Made by a program: the position numbers and the translations under genes. From the NCBI GenBank assembly GCA_024655945.1, contig JANLFK010000011.1, positions 22,021 through 86,020 of the forward strand: a stretch of 64,000 nt of DNA, in the 5' to 3' direction. Positions 27,703 through 37,036 of this stretch are shown one piece after another. Below the pieces are notes generated by a model. The model was given only the letters and a program-made list of their open reading frames with translations, did no database searches and was not told the origin of the DNA. Source of the DNA: Candidatus Zhuqueibacterota bacterium. GTDB lineage: Bacteria > Zhuqueibacterota > Zhuqueibacteria > JANLFK01 > Oleimicrobiaceae. The first letter of the stretch is position 1. Every line of letters begins with the position of its first letter.

Positions 27703-28701
27703 GTGAACAGGCGACTCTACCACTTAGACTGGATGGCCGAGCGCCATTTCGTCTTGGCAGGGGCGACCGGCCACGGGCTTGGTGGAGCCTTAGCCGTGGC
27801 GACTCTGTTCCGTTTGGGGCGTCGCGGTAGCCTGACCGTCATCTCGCGCGATTTGTCCCTGTCGGTCGGGTACCAGAGCGGTCTTCTGATGCAACAGATG
27901 GCTGAGCAGTTGGGCCTCGGTGAGCGCTTCCACTGGTTGAACGACGGACTGGCCACCTCAGGGGAGGCATTCGAGCGCATTGTGGCCGCTTTGCGGCAGG
28001 CTCGCGCCACCGCGGTGGTGTACATCAACACCGTAGCCTCGGCCAGCTCGGGGCTATTGCCGGGATTGCCTCCTGTGTACGTCAAGGACATTGATCGCGA
28101 TGGCCTCTTCCAATGGCAACTGGAACCGCTCAGCGAGAAGGCCATCGAGACCACCAAGTACGTCATGGGCACACTGGCGGTGCAGTTTCCGATGGCGCTG
28201 GAAAAAGCAGGTATTCACGTGGAAGTGAGCGCCTTTGCCGATTGGCGCGGCAGCCTGGACCACTGCAGCCGCAACCCCGCTGTCCCGGAGTACGGCCGTC
28301 ATGGGCCCTATTCCACCAGCCTCTTCCTGCCGAAGGACATCATCCAGGCGGCCACCAGAGCAGCGTACAAGACCTCACGCAAGGTAATCGACGTCTTCTT
28401 CCCCGTGATGAAGACGCGGGCCCTGTCCTACATCCCCGGCGGCAGGCTCATGGCGCTGCTGTATGACGAGCTGCGCCGCCGCGAAGAGCTCCCCTTCATC
28501 GACATCCCAGAGCTGGCGGTAGCCTTCCTCGACAGGGTTGGCCGCGCGCTCGACAAAGGTGTGGACAACCTCTTCCCACGCCTCGATCTCCATGAGGCCT
28601 CTCTGGACTTTTGGTTCTACGAAGTGATGCAGCGCCTCACCATGGACGAGAACGACGAGTTCTTCTACAAACGGTGGATTCGCGATGACTGGGACGAATA
28701 G
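27703..28701 (+). CDS. Hypothetical protein; divergent FabV/trans-2-enoyl reductase-like Rossmann fold
   Basis: VLAGATGHGLG, EPLSEKAIETTKYVMG, KTRALSYIPG and PRLDLHE resemble FabV motifs in the same order; start uncertain (ORF opens at 27502). Confidence 0.55.
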   Translation: MNRRLYHLDWMAERHFVLAGATGHGLGGALAVATLFRLGRRGSLTVISRDLSLSVGYQSGLLMQQMAEQLGLGERFHWLNDGLATSGEAFERIVAALRQARATAVVYINTVASASSGLLPGLPPVYVKDIDRDGLFQWQLEPLSEKAIETTKYVMGTLAVQFPMALEKAGIHVEVSAFADWRGSLDHCSRNPAVPEYGRHGPYSTSLFLPKDIIQAATRAAYKTSRKVIDVFFPVMKTRALSYIPGGRLMALLYDELRRREELPFIDIPELAVAFLDRVGRALDKGVDNLFPRLDLHEASLDFWFYEVMQRLTMDENDEFFYKRWIRDDWDE

Positions 28702-28764
28702 ATTGCCTGCCGCCCCGCAAAGCGATGGCCGGTCCTTGGCGAGAAGCTGACGAGGAGGAAAGCA

Positions 28765-30180
28765 ATGCATCTATCAGCATCAACTCGGGTGGGAGAGCTC
28801 CTGAAGGAGCACCCCTTTTTGCTCGATTTCCTGGTGAGTCGATCGGAGAAGTTCAAGCTGCTGACGAACCCACTGCTGCGGCGCACCGTGGGACAGGTGG
28901 CTACCCTTGCGCAGGTGGCGGCCATCGGCAATATCGAGCTGGGAACATTGCTGGCGGAGATAGCCGGGGAGATCAAGCGCCAGACCGGCCAAGAGGTGAC
29001 GTTGGATACCTCAGCGGTGCCACCAGTGACCGTCACCGACCCCGCACATCGGATTGAGATGCTCAAGGCCATCATTGCCGACTTGCACGAAGGGCGGGAC
29101 ATTGCCACTGCCCGGCAGCGCTTCCGCGAGCTCATCAAGGACGTCGAGCCGAGCGAGATGGCGGCCATGGAGCAGAAGCTCATCGAAGAGGGGATGCCCG
29201 AGGCAGAAGTCAGGCGTTTGTGTGACGTGCATGTGGAGGTGTTCAAAGAGGCTTTGGAACGCCACGAACTGCCCGGTGCACACCTTCATGCAGGAGAACC
29301 GCGCCTTAGAGGGACTCGTGCAACAGGTCAGGGAGCTCACCGCACACCCGTCCCCTCCCCGCGACGCGCTGCCCAGGCTCGCCACCCTGGTGGACGAGTT
29401 GCGCAAAGTAGACCTCCACTACCTGCGGAAGGAGAACCAGCTTTTCCCGCTGCTGGAGAAACACGAGGTGAGCGGGCCGTCGCAAGTCATGTGGGCCATT
29501 CACGACGATATTCGCGGACAGCTCAAAAAATGTGCACAAATGTTAGAGGCGGGGGACACGGCAGAGGCAATCGCTCTGCTGGCCCGCGCTTCCCAAGAGA
29601 TAGCCGACATGATTTACAAGGAAGAACACATCTTATTCCCCCGGCTTTGGAACTCGGCTCCCGAGGAGTGGGTGCGGGTGAAGGCAGGCGAGGAAGAGAT
29701 CGGCTTTGCCTGGATTGCCCCACCGCCGCCCTGGCAGCCGAAAGCTGAGGAACCCCCTCCCTTTGCAGCAGCCGCTCAGGCGTGGAAGTTCGACACCGGC
29801 CACCTGACCCCTGAGCAGGCCAACCTCATCCTCACGCACTTGCCAGTTGACCTTTCGTTGTCAACGAGCGCGACGAGGTCGTCTACTACTCGGCCACGCG
29901 CGAACGCCTCTTTCCGCGCAGTCCTGGGGTGATCGGCCGCAAGGTGCAAAAGTGCCACCCACCGAAGAGCGTGCACATCGTGCAGCAGATCCTTGACGAT
30001 TTTCGTAGCGGCAAGAAGGACGTGGCCGAGTTTTGGATCACCGCGCATGGGCGCTTCATCCATATCCGCTACTTTGCGGTGCGCGACCGCGCAGGAGTCT
30101 ATCGTGGTTGCCTCGAAGTGACGCAGGACGTGACCGGCATTCGCGCGCTCACAGCCGAAAAGCGACTGCTGGACTGGTGA
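28765..30180 (+). pseudogene. DUF1858-DUF438-hemerythrin-PAS protein, broken by at least two frameshifts
   Basis: Three overlapping ORFs (28765, 29054, 29929) carry consecutive domains (IADLHEG...EQKLI...LCDVH; HYLRKENQLFPLLE; IGRKVQKCHPPKS); shifts near 29275 and 29858. Confidence 0.8.
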
Positions 30181-30254
30181 TGACAGGTTCGGCGGGTACC
30201 TTGTGGCGATGCCCTGTCCGAGCGAGGTAGAACAGCAACTGAAGGAGGTGCACA

Positions 30255-32531
30255 ATGTCCATCGCAAAGTTGAAATGGGCAGCCATTGCCGCCTTCGTGG
30301 TAGCGATGGCAGTGCTGTTGGGTGGTGGACTGGCGGCAAAACGGCAGCTTGCCCCCTATCCGGGCACGGTGACCGATGCGGAGGGGAGAGCCCTCTTCAC
30401 ACGGGCGGACATACTGCATGGCCAGGAGGTCTACCAACGCCATGGCCTAATGGACCATGGCAGTGTGTGGGGGCATGGTTCGCAGCGCGGGCCGGAATTC
30501 TCGGCCCTTACCCTACACCTCATCGGCGAGGCCCTGCGCGAGGAGGCAGCATTCCAGGAATTCGGGCGCGCATACGCCGAACTGGGCCAGGCAGAGAGGG
30601 AACTGGTCGACTTGAAGACCAAGTGGGAGGTCAAGGAGAATCGTTACGATCCTCAGGCGGACAGGCTGGTGCTTTCGCCCACCCAGATCAAGGCCTTGGC
30701 GCGCGTGGAGCAGTACTGGGACAAGGTGTTAGGAGAGGGGGAACTTCGCTACGGCTTCCTGCCGCAAACGGTCAAGGACGCCGCCGACCGGCAGCAGGTC
30801 GCCCGCTTTTTCTTCTGGACTGCATGGGTTGCCTCGGTGCAGCGTCCTGGGGAGGACTACTCCTACACCAACAACTGGCCTCCCGATCGCAGCGTGGGCA
30901 ACACTGCCACCACGAACGTCTACCTCTGGACGCTGGGCGGCATCTTCTCCCTGTTCATCGTGTTGGGGCTGTTCATCTATTGGGTGCACCACCACGAGCT
31001 TTGGTACGGCGAGGCGCGTGGCGTGCCCTTAGCGGAGAAACTCATCGACATGCCGCTCACGCCGAGCCAGTTCCGGGCGGCAAAGTTCTTCCTCGTGGTC
31101 ATCCTTCTGTTCCTCCTGCAGACTACGTTCGGCGGACTACTTGCCCACTACACGGTGCATCCGCGCAACTTCTACGTGTCGTGGATCGCCAAGGTGATGC
31201 CGTACAGTTGGGCAAAGAGCTGGCATCTGCAACTGGCCATCTTCTGGATCGCCACCACCTGGGTGGCCTCCGCCATCTACTTGGCGCCCATTCTGGGCGG
31301 GCGCGAGCCGAAGCGTCAAGGTCTCCTGGTGAACATCCTGTTCATCGCAGTGCTCGCCGTTGCCCTGGGTAGCCTGTTTGGCGAGGTGGCAGGCATCAAG
31401 GGGTTGCTGGGCAAGGCGTGGTTCTGGCTCGGACACCAAGGGTGGGAGTATCTTGAGCTTGGCCGGGTGTGGCAGATCCTGCTTTTCGTGAGCCTCATCG
31501 CCTGGCTGCTCATCGTCTACCGCGCGGTGGCTCACCACCTCCGGCTGAAGCACAAGGACGAGTTCACCGCGCTGATCTGGTTCTACCTCCTCAGTGCCAT
31601 CCTGGTGGTGGGCTTTTTCGGCTTTGGCCTCACGTACGGCCGGGGCACGCACCTGACGCTGGCCGACTACTGGCGCTGGTTCGTGGTGCACATCTGGGTG
31701 GAGAGCATTTTCGAGTTTTTCGGCGTGGCTGTAATCTCCACCCTGCTGGTGGCCATGGGCCTGGTGACGGCGAAGGCGGCGCTGCGGGTGGCATACTTTA
31801 CCGCCGCCCTTGTCTTCCTCACCGGGATCATCGGCACTGCCCACCATTACTTCTGGTACGGCGGTCCCTCCTTCTGGCTGGGGTGGGGCGCTGTCTTCTC
31901 CTCCATGGAGCCTGTGCCGCTCTTCGGTCTGGTGGTGCGGGCACTGATGGAGTACAAGGCAGTGAGGGGACAGGGACAGGAGTTCCCCTACCGCTGGCCT
32001 TTCTACTTCCTGGTTGCCTCTTCTTTCTGGAACTTTCTCGGGGCCGGCGTGTTCGGGTTCCTGATCAATCTGCCCATTGTCAACTACTTCGAGCACGGCA
32101 CCTATCTGACGATGAATCACGGCCACACGGCCTTGTTCGGCACTTATGGCATGTTGTCCATCGCGCTGCTGCTTTTCTCGTGGCGTGGCCTGGTGGACAA
32201 GGCGCGATGGAATGATCGCCTGCTTGGGCTGTCCTTCTGGGGTTTGAACGGTGGCCTGCTTTTGATGGCCCTGGCCACCCTGTTGCCGGTGGGTATCATG
32301 CAGGCGTGGACAAGCTTCAAGGAGGGGCTGTGGGTGGCGCGCGACGCCTCCTTCTTCGAACGTGGGCCGGTGGTGTTGCTGGGACAGCTGCGCATGATTC
32401 CCGATTTGCTCATCATTCTCTTCGGGGTGGTTCCACTGGCTTACTTCTTGTTCTCCACGTACCCGAGGCTAAAGCCACCCGCTATCAAGGCCGGGGAATC
32501 GGTGTGGAAGGAGCTGGGAACGGAGCTCTGA
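30255..32531 (+). CDS. norZ: Quinol-dependent nitric oxide reductase (qNOR)
   Basis: 758 aa; GSVWGHGS, SWHLQLAIFW, HIWVES, GTAHHYFW, MEPVPL, NHGHTALFG. Confidence 0.93.
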   Translation: MSIAKLKWAAIAAFVVAMAVLLGGGLAAKRQLAPYPGTVTDAEGRALFTRADILHGQEVYQRHGLMDHGSVWGHGSQRGPEFSALTLHLIGEALREEAAFQEFGRAYAELGQAERELVDLKTKWEVKENRYDPQADRLVLSPTQIKALARVEQYWDKVLGEGELRYGFLPQTVKDAADRQQVARFFFWTAWVASVQRPGEDYSYTNNWPPDRSVGNTATTNVYLWTLGGIFSLFIVLGLFIYWVHHHELWYGEARGVPLAEKLIDMPLTPSQFRAAKFFLVVILLFLLQTTFGGLLAHYTVHPRNFYVSWIAKVMPYSWAKSWHLQLAIFWIATTWVASAIYLAPILGGREPKRQGLLVNILFIAVLAVALGSLFGEVAGIKGLLGKAWFWLGHQGWEYLELGRVWQILLFVSLIAWLLIVYRAVAHHLRLKHKDEFTALIWFYLLSAILVVGFFGFGLTYGRGTHLTLADYWRWFVVHIWVESIFEFFGVAVISTLLVAMGLVTAKAALRVAYFTAALVFLTGIIGTAHHYFWYGGPSFWLGWGAVFSSMEPVPLFGLVVRALMEYKAVRGQGQEFPYRWPFYFLVASSFWNFLGAGVFGFLINLPIVNYFEHGTYLTMNHGHTALFGTYGMLSIALLLFSWRGLVDKARWNDRLLGLSFWGLNGGLLLMALATLLPVGIMQAWTSFKEGLWVARDASFFERGPVVLLGQLRMIPDLLIILFGVVPLAYFLFSTYPRLKPPAIKAGESVWKELGTEL

Positions 32532-32538
32532 GCTGAGG

Positions 32539-32574
32539 CGGGGAGGCCGGCAGCGATGGGCCGCGGCCTCCCCG
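32539..32574 (+). terminator. GC-rich hairpin after qNOR
   Basis: 11-bp stem CGGGGAGGCCG/CGGCCTCCCCG; no U-tract. Confidence 0.35.
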
Positions 32575-32607
32575 TCCGAATCGATCACATCAGAATGTGA
32601 GTGTCAT

Positions 32608-33027
32608 ATGGTGAGACGAGCTGGCAATCGCCTTCTGCGTGAAGAGCGGACCGTTGCGGTCATGATCGGCATCTATTGTGCCGGCGCACACGGCAGCCGG
32701 GTCGGTTTGTGCGCCGAGTGTAAGGAGGTCTTGGCCTATGCTCGGCAGCGCGTGGCGCGATGCCCCTTTGGGGCAGAGAAGCCTACCTGCGCCAAATGCG
32801 TCGTGCACTGCTTTCGCCAGGACATGCGGGCCAGGATCCGTGCGGTGATGCGCTATGCCGGGCCGCGCATGCTTTTTCGCCACCCTGTGCTTGCGTTCTT
32901 CCATCTGTTGGACAGGCGGCGAGGCGCCCCACAACTGCCCCTGGCAGAGGGCGCGAAGGACTCAAAGCTATGCGAGCCACAGGGAGCAGCGGCCAATCGG
33001 TTCACGGTCACGCAAGAAAGTGCTTGA
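32608..33027 (+). CDS. Nitrous oxide-stimulated promoter family protein (YgbA-like)
   Basis: TVAVMIGIYC...LC.EC...YA..R...CPFG..KPTC.KC..HC...M...MRYAGPRML.RHP. Confidence 0.9.
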   Translation: MVRRAGNRLLREERTVAVMIGIYCAGAHGSRVGLCAECKEVLAYARQRVARCPFGAEKPTCAKCVVHCFRQDMRARIRAVMRYAGPRMLFRHPVLAFFHLLDRRRGAPQLPLAEGAKDSKLCEPQGAAANRFTVTQESA

Positions 33028-33052
33028 CAAGCTTGTGGCTTTTGAGTATATT
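33024..33052 (+). promoter_or_regulatory. Sigma70 promoter of the aro/trp/his supra-operon
   Basis: TTGACA-N17-TATATT. Confidence 0.8.
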
Positions 33053-33074
33053 TACCGCAACAAAGGTAACAGGT

Positions 33075-33170
33075 ATGGCTACTTCTCAGGTACAGCGAGA
33101 TCTCTCCCATCACTGGTTTTGGTACTGGTATTATCATATCAGTGGTGGGAGGAATTTGTCCCTGACCTGA
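33075..33170 (+). CDS. Attenuator leader peptide MATSQVQRDLSHHWFWYWYYHISGGRNLSLT
   Basis: AAAGG RBS at 33062-66; ten consecutive His/Trp/Phe/Tyr codons at 33108-33137; lies between the promoter and the terminator. Confidence 0.85.
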   Translation: MATSQVQRDLSHHWFWYWYYHISGGRNLSLT

Positions 33171-33239
33171 AGTACTACCAAGCATAGCAAGAGGCAAATT
33201 CAGCCCACCACAGAGCAGCGTGGTGGGCGTTTTGTTTTT
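33105..33239 (+). promoter_or_regulatory. Transcription attenuator with mutually exclusive 1:2, 2:3 and 3:4 stems
   Basis: Segment 1 TCCCATCACTG (33105-15) pairs with segment 2 CAGTGGTGGGA (33140-50, one G-U); segment 2 GTGGTGGG pairs with segment 3 CCCACCAC (33204-11); segment 3 pairs with segment 4 as the terminator. Confidence 0.85.
33203..33239 (+). terminator. Intrinsic terminator of the leader
   Basis: GCCCACCAC-agagcagc-GTGGTGGGC followed by GTTTTGTTTTT. Confidence 0.85.
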
Positions 33240-33451
33240 CTGGCCATGCCACTTGGAGCGTCGTTGGCAGCCCTTTGCGATTCGCCACGGATAGGCGCGA
33301 GCATCCCGGCTGTAACCTGCCGGTGTCTGCGGCCTGTGCCTTCGTTCGTGGTTTCTGAGAGACTGCTCATGTCCACCGACGCCGCGCGGCGCGGCCGTGG
33401 CGATAGATGGCTGACCAATGGTGACCTGGAGTGCTTCACGGGAGGGATGCA

Positions 33452-33712
33452 GTGGAAGATCCCCTTGTCGCCGCAAGAAAGAGAATCGACGACATCGATA
33501 GTGCGATCATCGCGCTGCTGAACGAGCGGGCGCGCTGCGCCCTCAGCATTGGCGCCATCAAGCGGGAGCGGGGCCTTCCGGCTCGCGACGCAGCGCGGGA
33601 GGCAACCATCTTGGCGCGCGTGGAGAGGGAATCGGGAGGCCCCCTGGCGGGTTCTTCGCTCCGCCGGATTTTTGCAGAAATCGTCGCTGCATGTCGCAGC
33701 TTGCAGGAATAG
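33452..33712 (+). CDS. Chorismate mutase (AroQ class, CM_2)
   Basis: RKRIDDIDSAIIALLNERARCA..IGAIK...D..RE; GGAGG RBS before GTG 33452. Confidence 0.9.
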   Translation: MEDPLVAARKRIDDIDSAIIALLNERARCALSIGAIKRERGLPARDAAREATILARVERESGGPLAGSSLRRIFAEIVAACRSLQE

Positions 33713-33728
33713 CCAAGCAGGAGGTGAC

Positions 33729-34562
33729 GTGGCCCAAGCCAATGACCAGCTGAAGATAGGCGAGTTGCCCCGCCTGACCATTCTTCCCATCGAGGACGTG
33801 CTCTTTCACGAGGAGCCAGATGAGGAGCGAGCGACGCTGCTCACCGCAAAACTCGAGAAGGAGGGGGTGCTGAGGAACCCGCCTATCGTCGCCGATGTCA
33901 ACGGCGCCAGGCGACGCATCCTGCTTGATGGCGCCAATCGGCTGACGGCCCTGCGCACCCTTGGCTTCCGGCATGTGTTGGTGCAGGAAATCGATCTGTT
34001 TGACCCTGGCCTGGTCATTTCCCAATGGCACCACGCCGTGGAGCGCCTGGACAGGTCCTATTTCCAGCAGAGACTGGCCGAGATCGACGGGCTCATGGTC
34101 AGCGAGGAGGCTTTTTCGGAAGGCGGTGCCATCGCCCGCCTGCAGTTTCCCGACCGCTCCCACTTGCACCTCTGTGCCGACGGGGACATCTTCCACCTTG
34201 TCCGCCTGCTTGCACAGGTGACCAGCCTGTATCACGGCTCGGCGTACATGGACCGCGTGAGTTACACCAACCTCGAACACCTGCAGCGCAACTATGCCGA
34301 GTTCAGCGCTCTGGTTTCTTTCCGCACCTTTAGCAAAGATGAAATAGTCGAGCTCACGACGAACAACGCCAAAGTGCCGAGCGGCATCACCCGTGTGGTG
34401 GTGCCCAAGCGGGCTCTGTTCTTCAATCTCCCCCTGGAGGTTTTGGCCAGAGGCGCTAGCACTGCGGAACTGCATCAGTGGCTCCAACGGCATTTGGCCG
34501 ACAAGATCAGGAGCAAGTCTATCCGCTTCTACCAGGAACCGACCTTTATCTTCGACGAGTAG
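33729..34562 (+). CDS. SbnI/SerK-like ParB/Srx-fold free L-serine kinase (putative)
   Basis: [53 protein letters not shown] match the motif order recalled for S. aureus SbnI. Confidence 0.75.
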   Translation: MAQANDQLKIGELPRLTILPIEDVLFHEEPDEERATLLTAKLEKEGVLRNPPIVADVNGARRRILLDGANRLTALRTLGFRHVLVQEIDLFDPGLVISQWHHAVERLDRSYFQQRLAEIDGLMVSEEAFSEGGAIARLQFPDRSHLHLCADGDIFHLVRLLAQVTSLYHGSAYMDRVSYTNLEHLQRNYAEFSALVSFRTFSKDEIVELTTNNAKVPSGITRVVVPKRALFFNLPLEVLARGASTAELHQWLQRHLADKIRSKSIRFYQEPTFIFDE

Positions 34563-34615
34563 CTGACCCTGGGCGCGCCCAGGAAGGAACTGTACCAAAA
34601 CGTGAGGAGTGCGCA

Positions 34616-35977
34616 ATGGACAGAGTCAAGTACCAGCTGGATGAGAAGGAGGTGCCGCGGCAATGGTACAACATCCAGGCCGATCTCCCGGAGCCGCTGC
34701 CGCCGGTTCTTCATCCGGCAACTGGCAAGCCCGTAGGTCCGGATGACCTGGCACCGCTCTTCCCCGTGGCGCTCATCACGCAGGAGGTGAGCACCGAGCG
34801 CTGGATCGACATTCCCGAAGGGGTGCGGGAGGTGTACGCACTCTGGCGCCCAACGCCGTTGTACAGGGCCAGACGACTGGAGAAAGCATTGGATACGCCG
34901 GCGCGGATCTTCTACAAGTACGAGGGGGTGAGCCCAGCAGGCAGTCACAAGCCGAACACCGCAGTTGCCCAGGCCTACTACAATGCCAAGGAAGGCATCA
35001 AGCGGATTACCACCGAGACAGGTGCTGGACAGTGGGGGAGTGCGCTGGCGCTGGGCGGTATGTTCTTCGGGGTGGAAGTGAAAATCTACATGGTGGCGAT
35101 AAGCTATCGGCAGAAGCCTTATCGCCGCATTCTCATGGAGACATGGGGGGCTACCTGCATCCCCAGTCCCAGCAATGAGACCAAGGCCGGTCGAGCGGTG
35201 CTGGCCCGCGATCCCGACAGCCCGGGCAGCCTGGGCATCGCTATTAGCGAGGCGGTGGAGGAGGCTGTCACCCGCGACGACACCCACTACTCTTTGGGCA
35301 GTGTGCTCAACCACGTGCTGCTGCATCAGACTGTCATCGGCTTGGAAGCAAGACGGCAGATGGAGCTGGCAGGCTACTATCCGGATGTCATCGTCGGTTG
35401 CATCGGCGGGGGCTCCAATGCGGCCGGGCTGTACCTGCCCTTCTTGAAGGACAAGATCGACGGGGCGCAGCCGCACCTCCGGGTGATCAACGTGGAGCCA
35501 GCCAGTTGCCCCACGGTCACCAAGGGCCTGTACGCCTACGACTTTGGCGACAGTGCCGGCCTGACCCCGCTGCTGAAGATGTACACCTTAGGTCACGACT
35601 TTGTGCCGCCGCCAGTACACGCGGGTGGTCTGCGCTACCATGGCATGGCGCCGATTGTGTGCCACCTGCATCGCTTAGGGCTGGTGGAGGCGCGGGCCGT
35701 CAATCAGGTGGACACGTTCCAGGCAGGAGTGACCTTTGCCCGTCATGAGGGAATTGTCCCGGCCCCGGAGAGCAACCACGCCATTCGCGTGGTCATCGAC
35801 GAAGCACTGCGCTGCAAGGAGGAGGGGAAGGCACGCACCATTCTTTTCAACCTTAGCGGCCATGGCCACTTCGACATGGCGGCCTACGAGAGCTTCCTGG
35901 GCGGCAAGTTGCGGGACTATGAGTATCCGGAAGAACAAGTGGCGGAGGCGCTCAAGCGTCTGCCTGTCGTATCCTGA
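34616..35977 (+). CDS. trpB2: TrpB2-type tryptophan synthase beta chain (TrpB-like PLP enzyme)
   Basis: [26 protein letters not shown] (PLP Lys), [33 protein letters not shown]; about 453 aa. Confidence 0.93.
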   Translation: MDRVKYQLDEKEVPRQWYNIQADLPEPLPPVLHPATGKPVGPDDLAPLFPVALITQEVSTERWIDIPEGVREVYALWRPTPLYRARRLEKALDTPARIFYKYEGVSPAGSHKPNTAVAQAYYNAKEGIKRITTETGAGQWGSALALGGMFFGVEVKIYMVAISYRQKPYRRILMETWGATCIPSPSNETKAGRAVLARDPDSPGSLGIAISEAVEEAVTRDDTHYSLGSVLNHVLLHQTVIGLEARRQMELAGYYPDVIVGCIGGGSNAAGLYLPFLKDKIDGAQPHLRVINVEPASCPTVTKGLYAYDFGDSAGLTPLLKMYTLGHDFVPPPVHAGGLRYHGMAPIVCHLHRLGLVEARAVNQVDTFQAGVTFARHEGIVPAPESNHAIRVVIDEALRCKEEGKARTILFNLSGHGHFDMAAYESFLGGKLRDYEYPEEQVAEALKRLPVVS

Positions 35978-36010
35978 GCGCCTTCGACCGCGCGATCCGG
36001 AGGAAGCCCC

Positions 36011-37036
36011 ATGGTTGTGGTGATGGACGACAACGCCACCCCGGAAGAGATCCAGGCGGTGGAGGACAAGCTGGTTGCCCTTGGTTTTCGGGTGCATCGC
36101 TCTACCGGGGTGAACCGTACCATCCTCGGTGCCATCGGTGACAAGCGAGGGGTAGACACGCGCGTCCTGGAGGTGATGCGTGGAGTGCATGAGGTGCTGC
36201 GCGTCACCGAGCCGTACAAGCTGGCCAGCCGCGCTTTTCACCCGTTGGACACGGTGGTGCGCGTGAGGGACGTTGAGGTGGGGGGCGAGGAGGTGGTGGT
36301 GATGGCCGGTCCCTGCGCGATAGAGAGCGAGGCGCAGATTGACGAGGTGGCCGGCTTGGTCAAGAAGGCTGGGGCGCGCGTGCTCCGTGGTGGGGCCTTC
36401 AAGCCGCGCACCTCGCCTTACAGCTTTCAAGGCCTGGGCGAAGAAGGGTTGCGCTTCCTGCGCAACGCAGCGCAGGCACATGGTCTGGCGGCGGTCTCTG
36501 AGCTCATCGAGGCTCGCGACGTGGAGATGGTGGCCTTGTACGTGGATCTTCTCCAGATTGGCGCGCGCAACATGCAGAATTTTCCCCTGCTCAAAGAGGC
36601 AGGTCGAGCTGGCAAGCCAGTGCTCCTAAAGAGGGGCATGGCGGCCACCATCGAGGAGTGGCTCATGGCAGCCGAGTACATCATGGCCGCTGGCAACTCG
36701 CAGGTCATCCTGTGCGAACGGGGCATTCGCACCTTTGAGACCTACACGCGCAACACCATGGACATTTCGGCAATACCGGTGGTGAAAAAGCGGAGTCATT
36801 TGCCCATCATCGCTGACCCCAGCCACGGCACTGGCCTGCGCGACAAGGTGGCGCCCATGGCCCGCGCGGCGGTGGCGGCCGGAGCCGATGGACTGCTGGT
36901 CGAAGTGCACCCGCGTCCCGACGAGGCACTCTCCGATGGCGCACAGTCCCTGCTGCCGGAGCAGTTTGCGCATCTGATGGAGGAGCTGCGCATCATCGCC
37001 TGGGCCATTGGCAGGAGGGTGGCGGAGCCGCAATGA
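36011..37036 (+). CDS. aroF: DAHP synthase, type I-beta, with N-terminal regulatory domain
   Basis: [49 protein letters not shown]. Confidence 0.95.
   Translation: MVVVMDDNATPEEIQAVEDKLVALGFRVHRSTGVNRTILGAIGDKRGVDTRVLEVMRGVHEVLRVTEPYKLASRAFHPLDTVVRVRDVEVGGEEVVVMAGPCAIESEAQIDEVAGLVKKAGARVLRGGAFKPRTSPYSFQGLGEEGLRFLRNAAQAHGLAAVSELIEARDVEMVALYVDLLQIGARNMQNFPLLKEAGRAGKPVLLKRGMAATIEEWLMAAEYIMAAGNSQVILCERGIRTFETYTRNTMDISAIPVVKKRSHLPIIADPSHGTGLRDKVAPMARAAVAAGADGLLVEVHPRPDEALSDGAQSLLPEQFAHLMEELRIIAWAIGRRVAEPQ

Noticed and set aside
30255-32531. qNOR as a possible NO dismutase (Nod)
   Set aside because: The non-heme iron ligands (HIWVE, HH) and the Glu residues of canonical qNOR are intact; the Nod-type substitutions are not seen.
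32760-33170. 136-aa ORF in the ORF track ending in the HHWFWYWYYH segment
   Set aside because: Its 5' part overlaps ygbA out of frame and crosses the promoter; only the part from ATG 33075, which has an RBS, is credible.
33053-33245. T-box or metabolite riboswitch as the regulator of the aro/his operon
   Set aside because: No T-box GGTGGnACC motif and no room for a stem I; the leader peptide and alternative stems explain the region.
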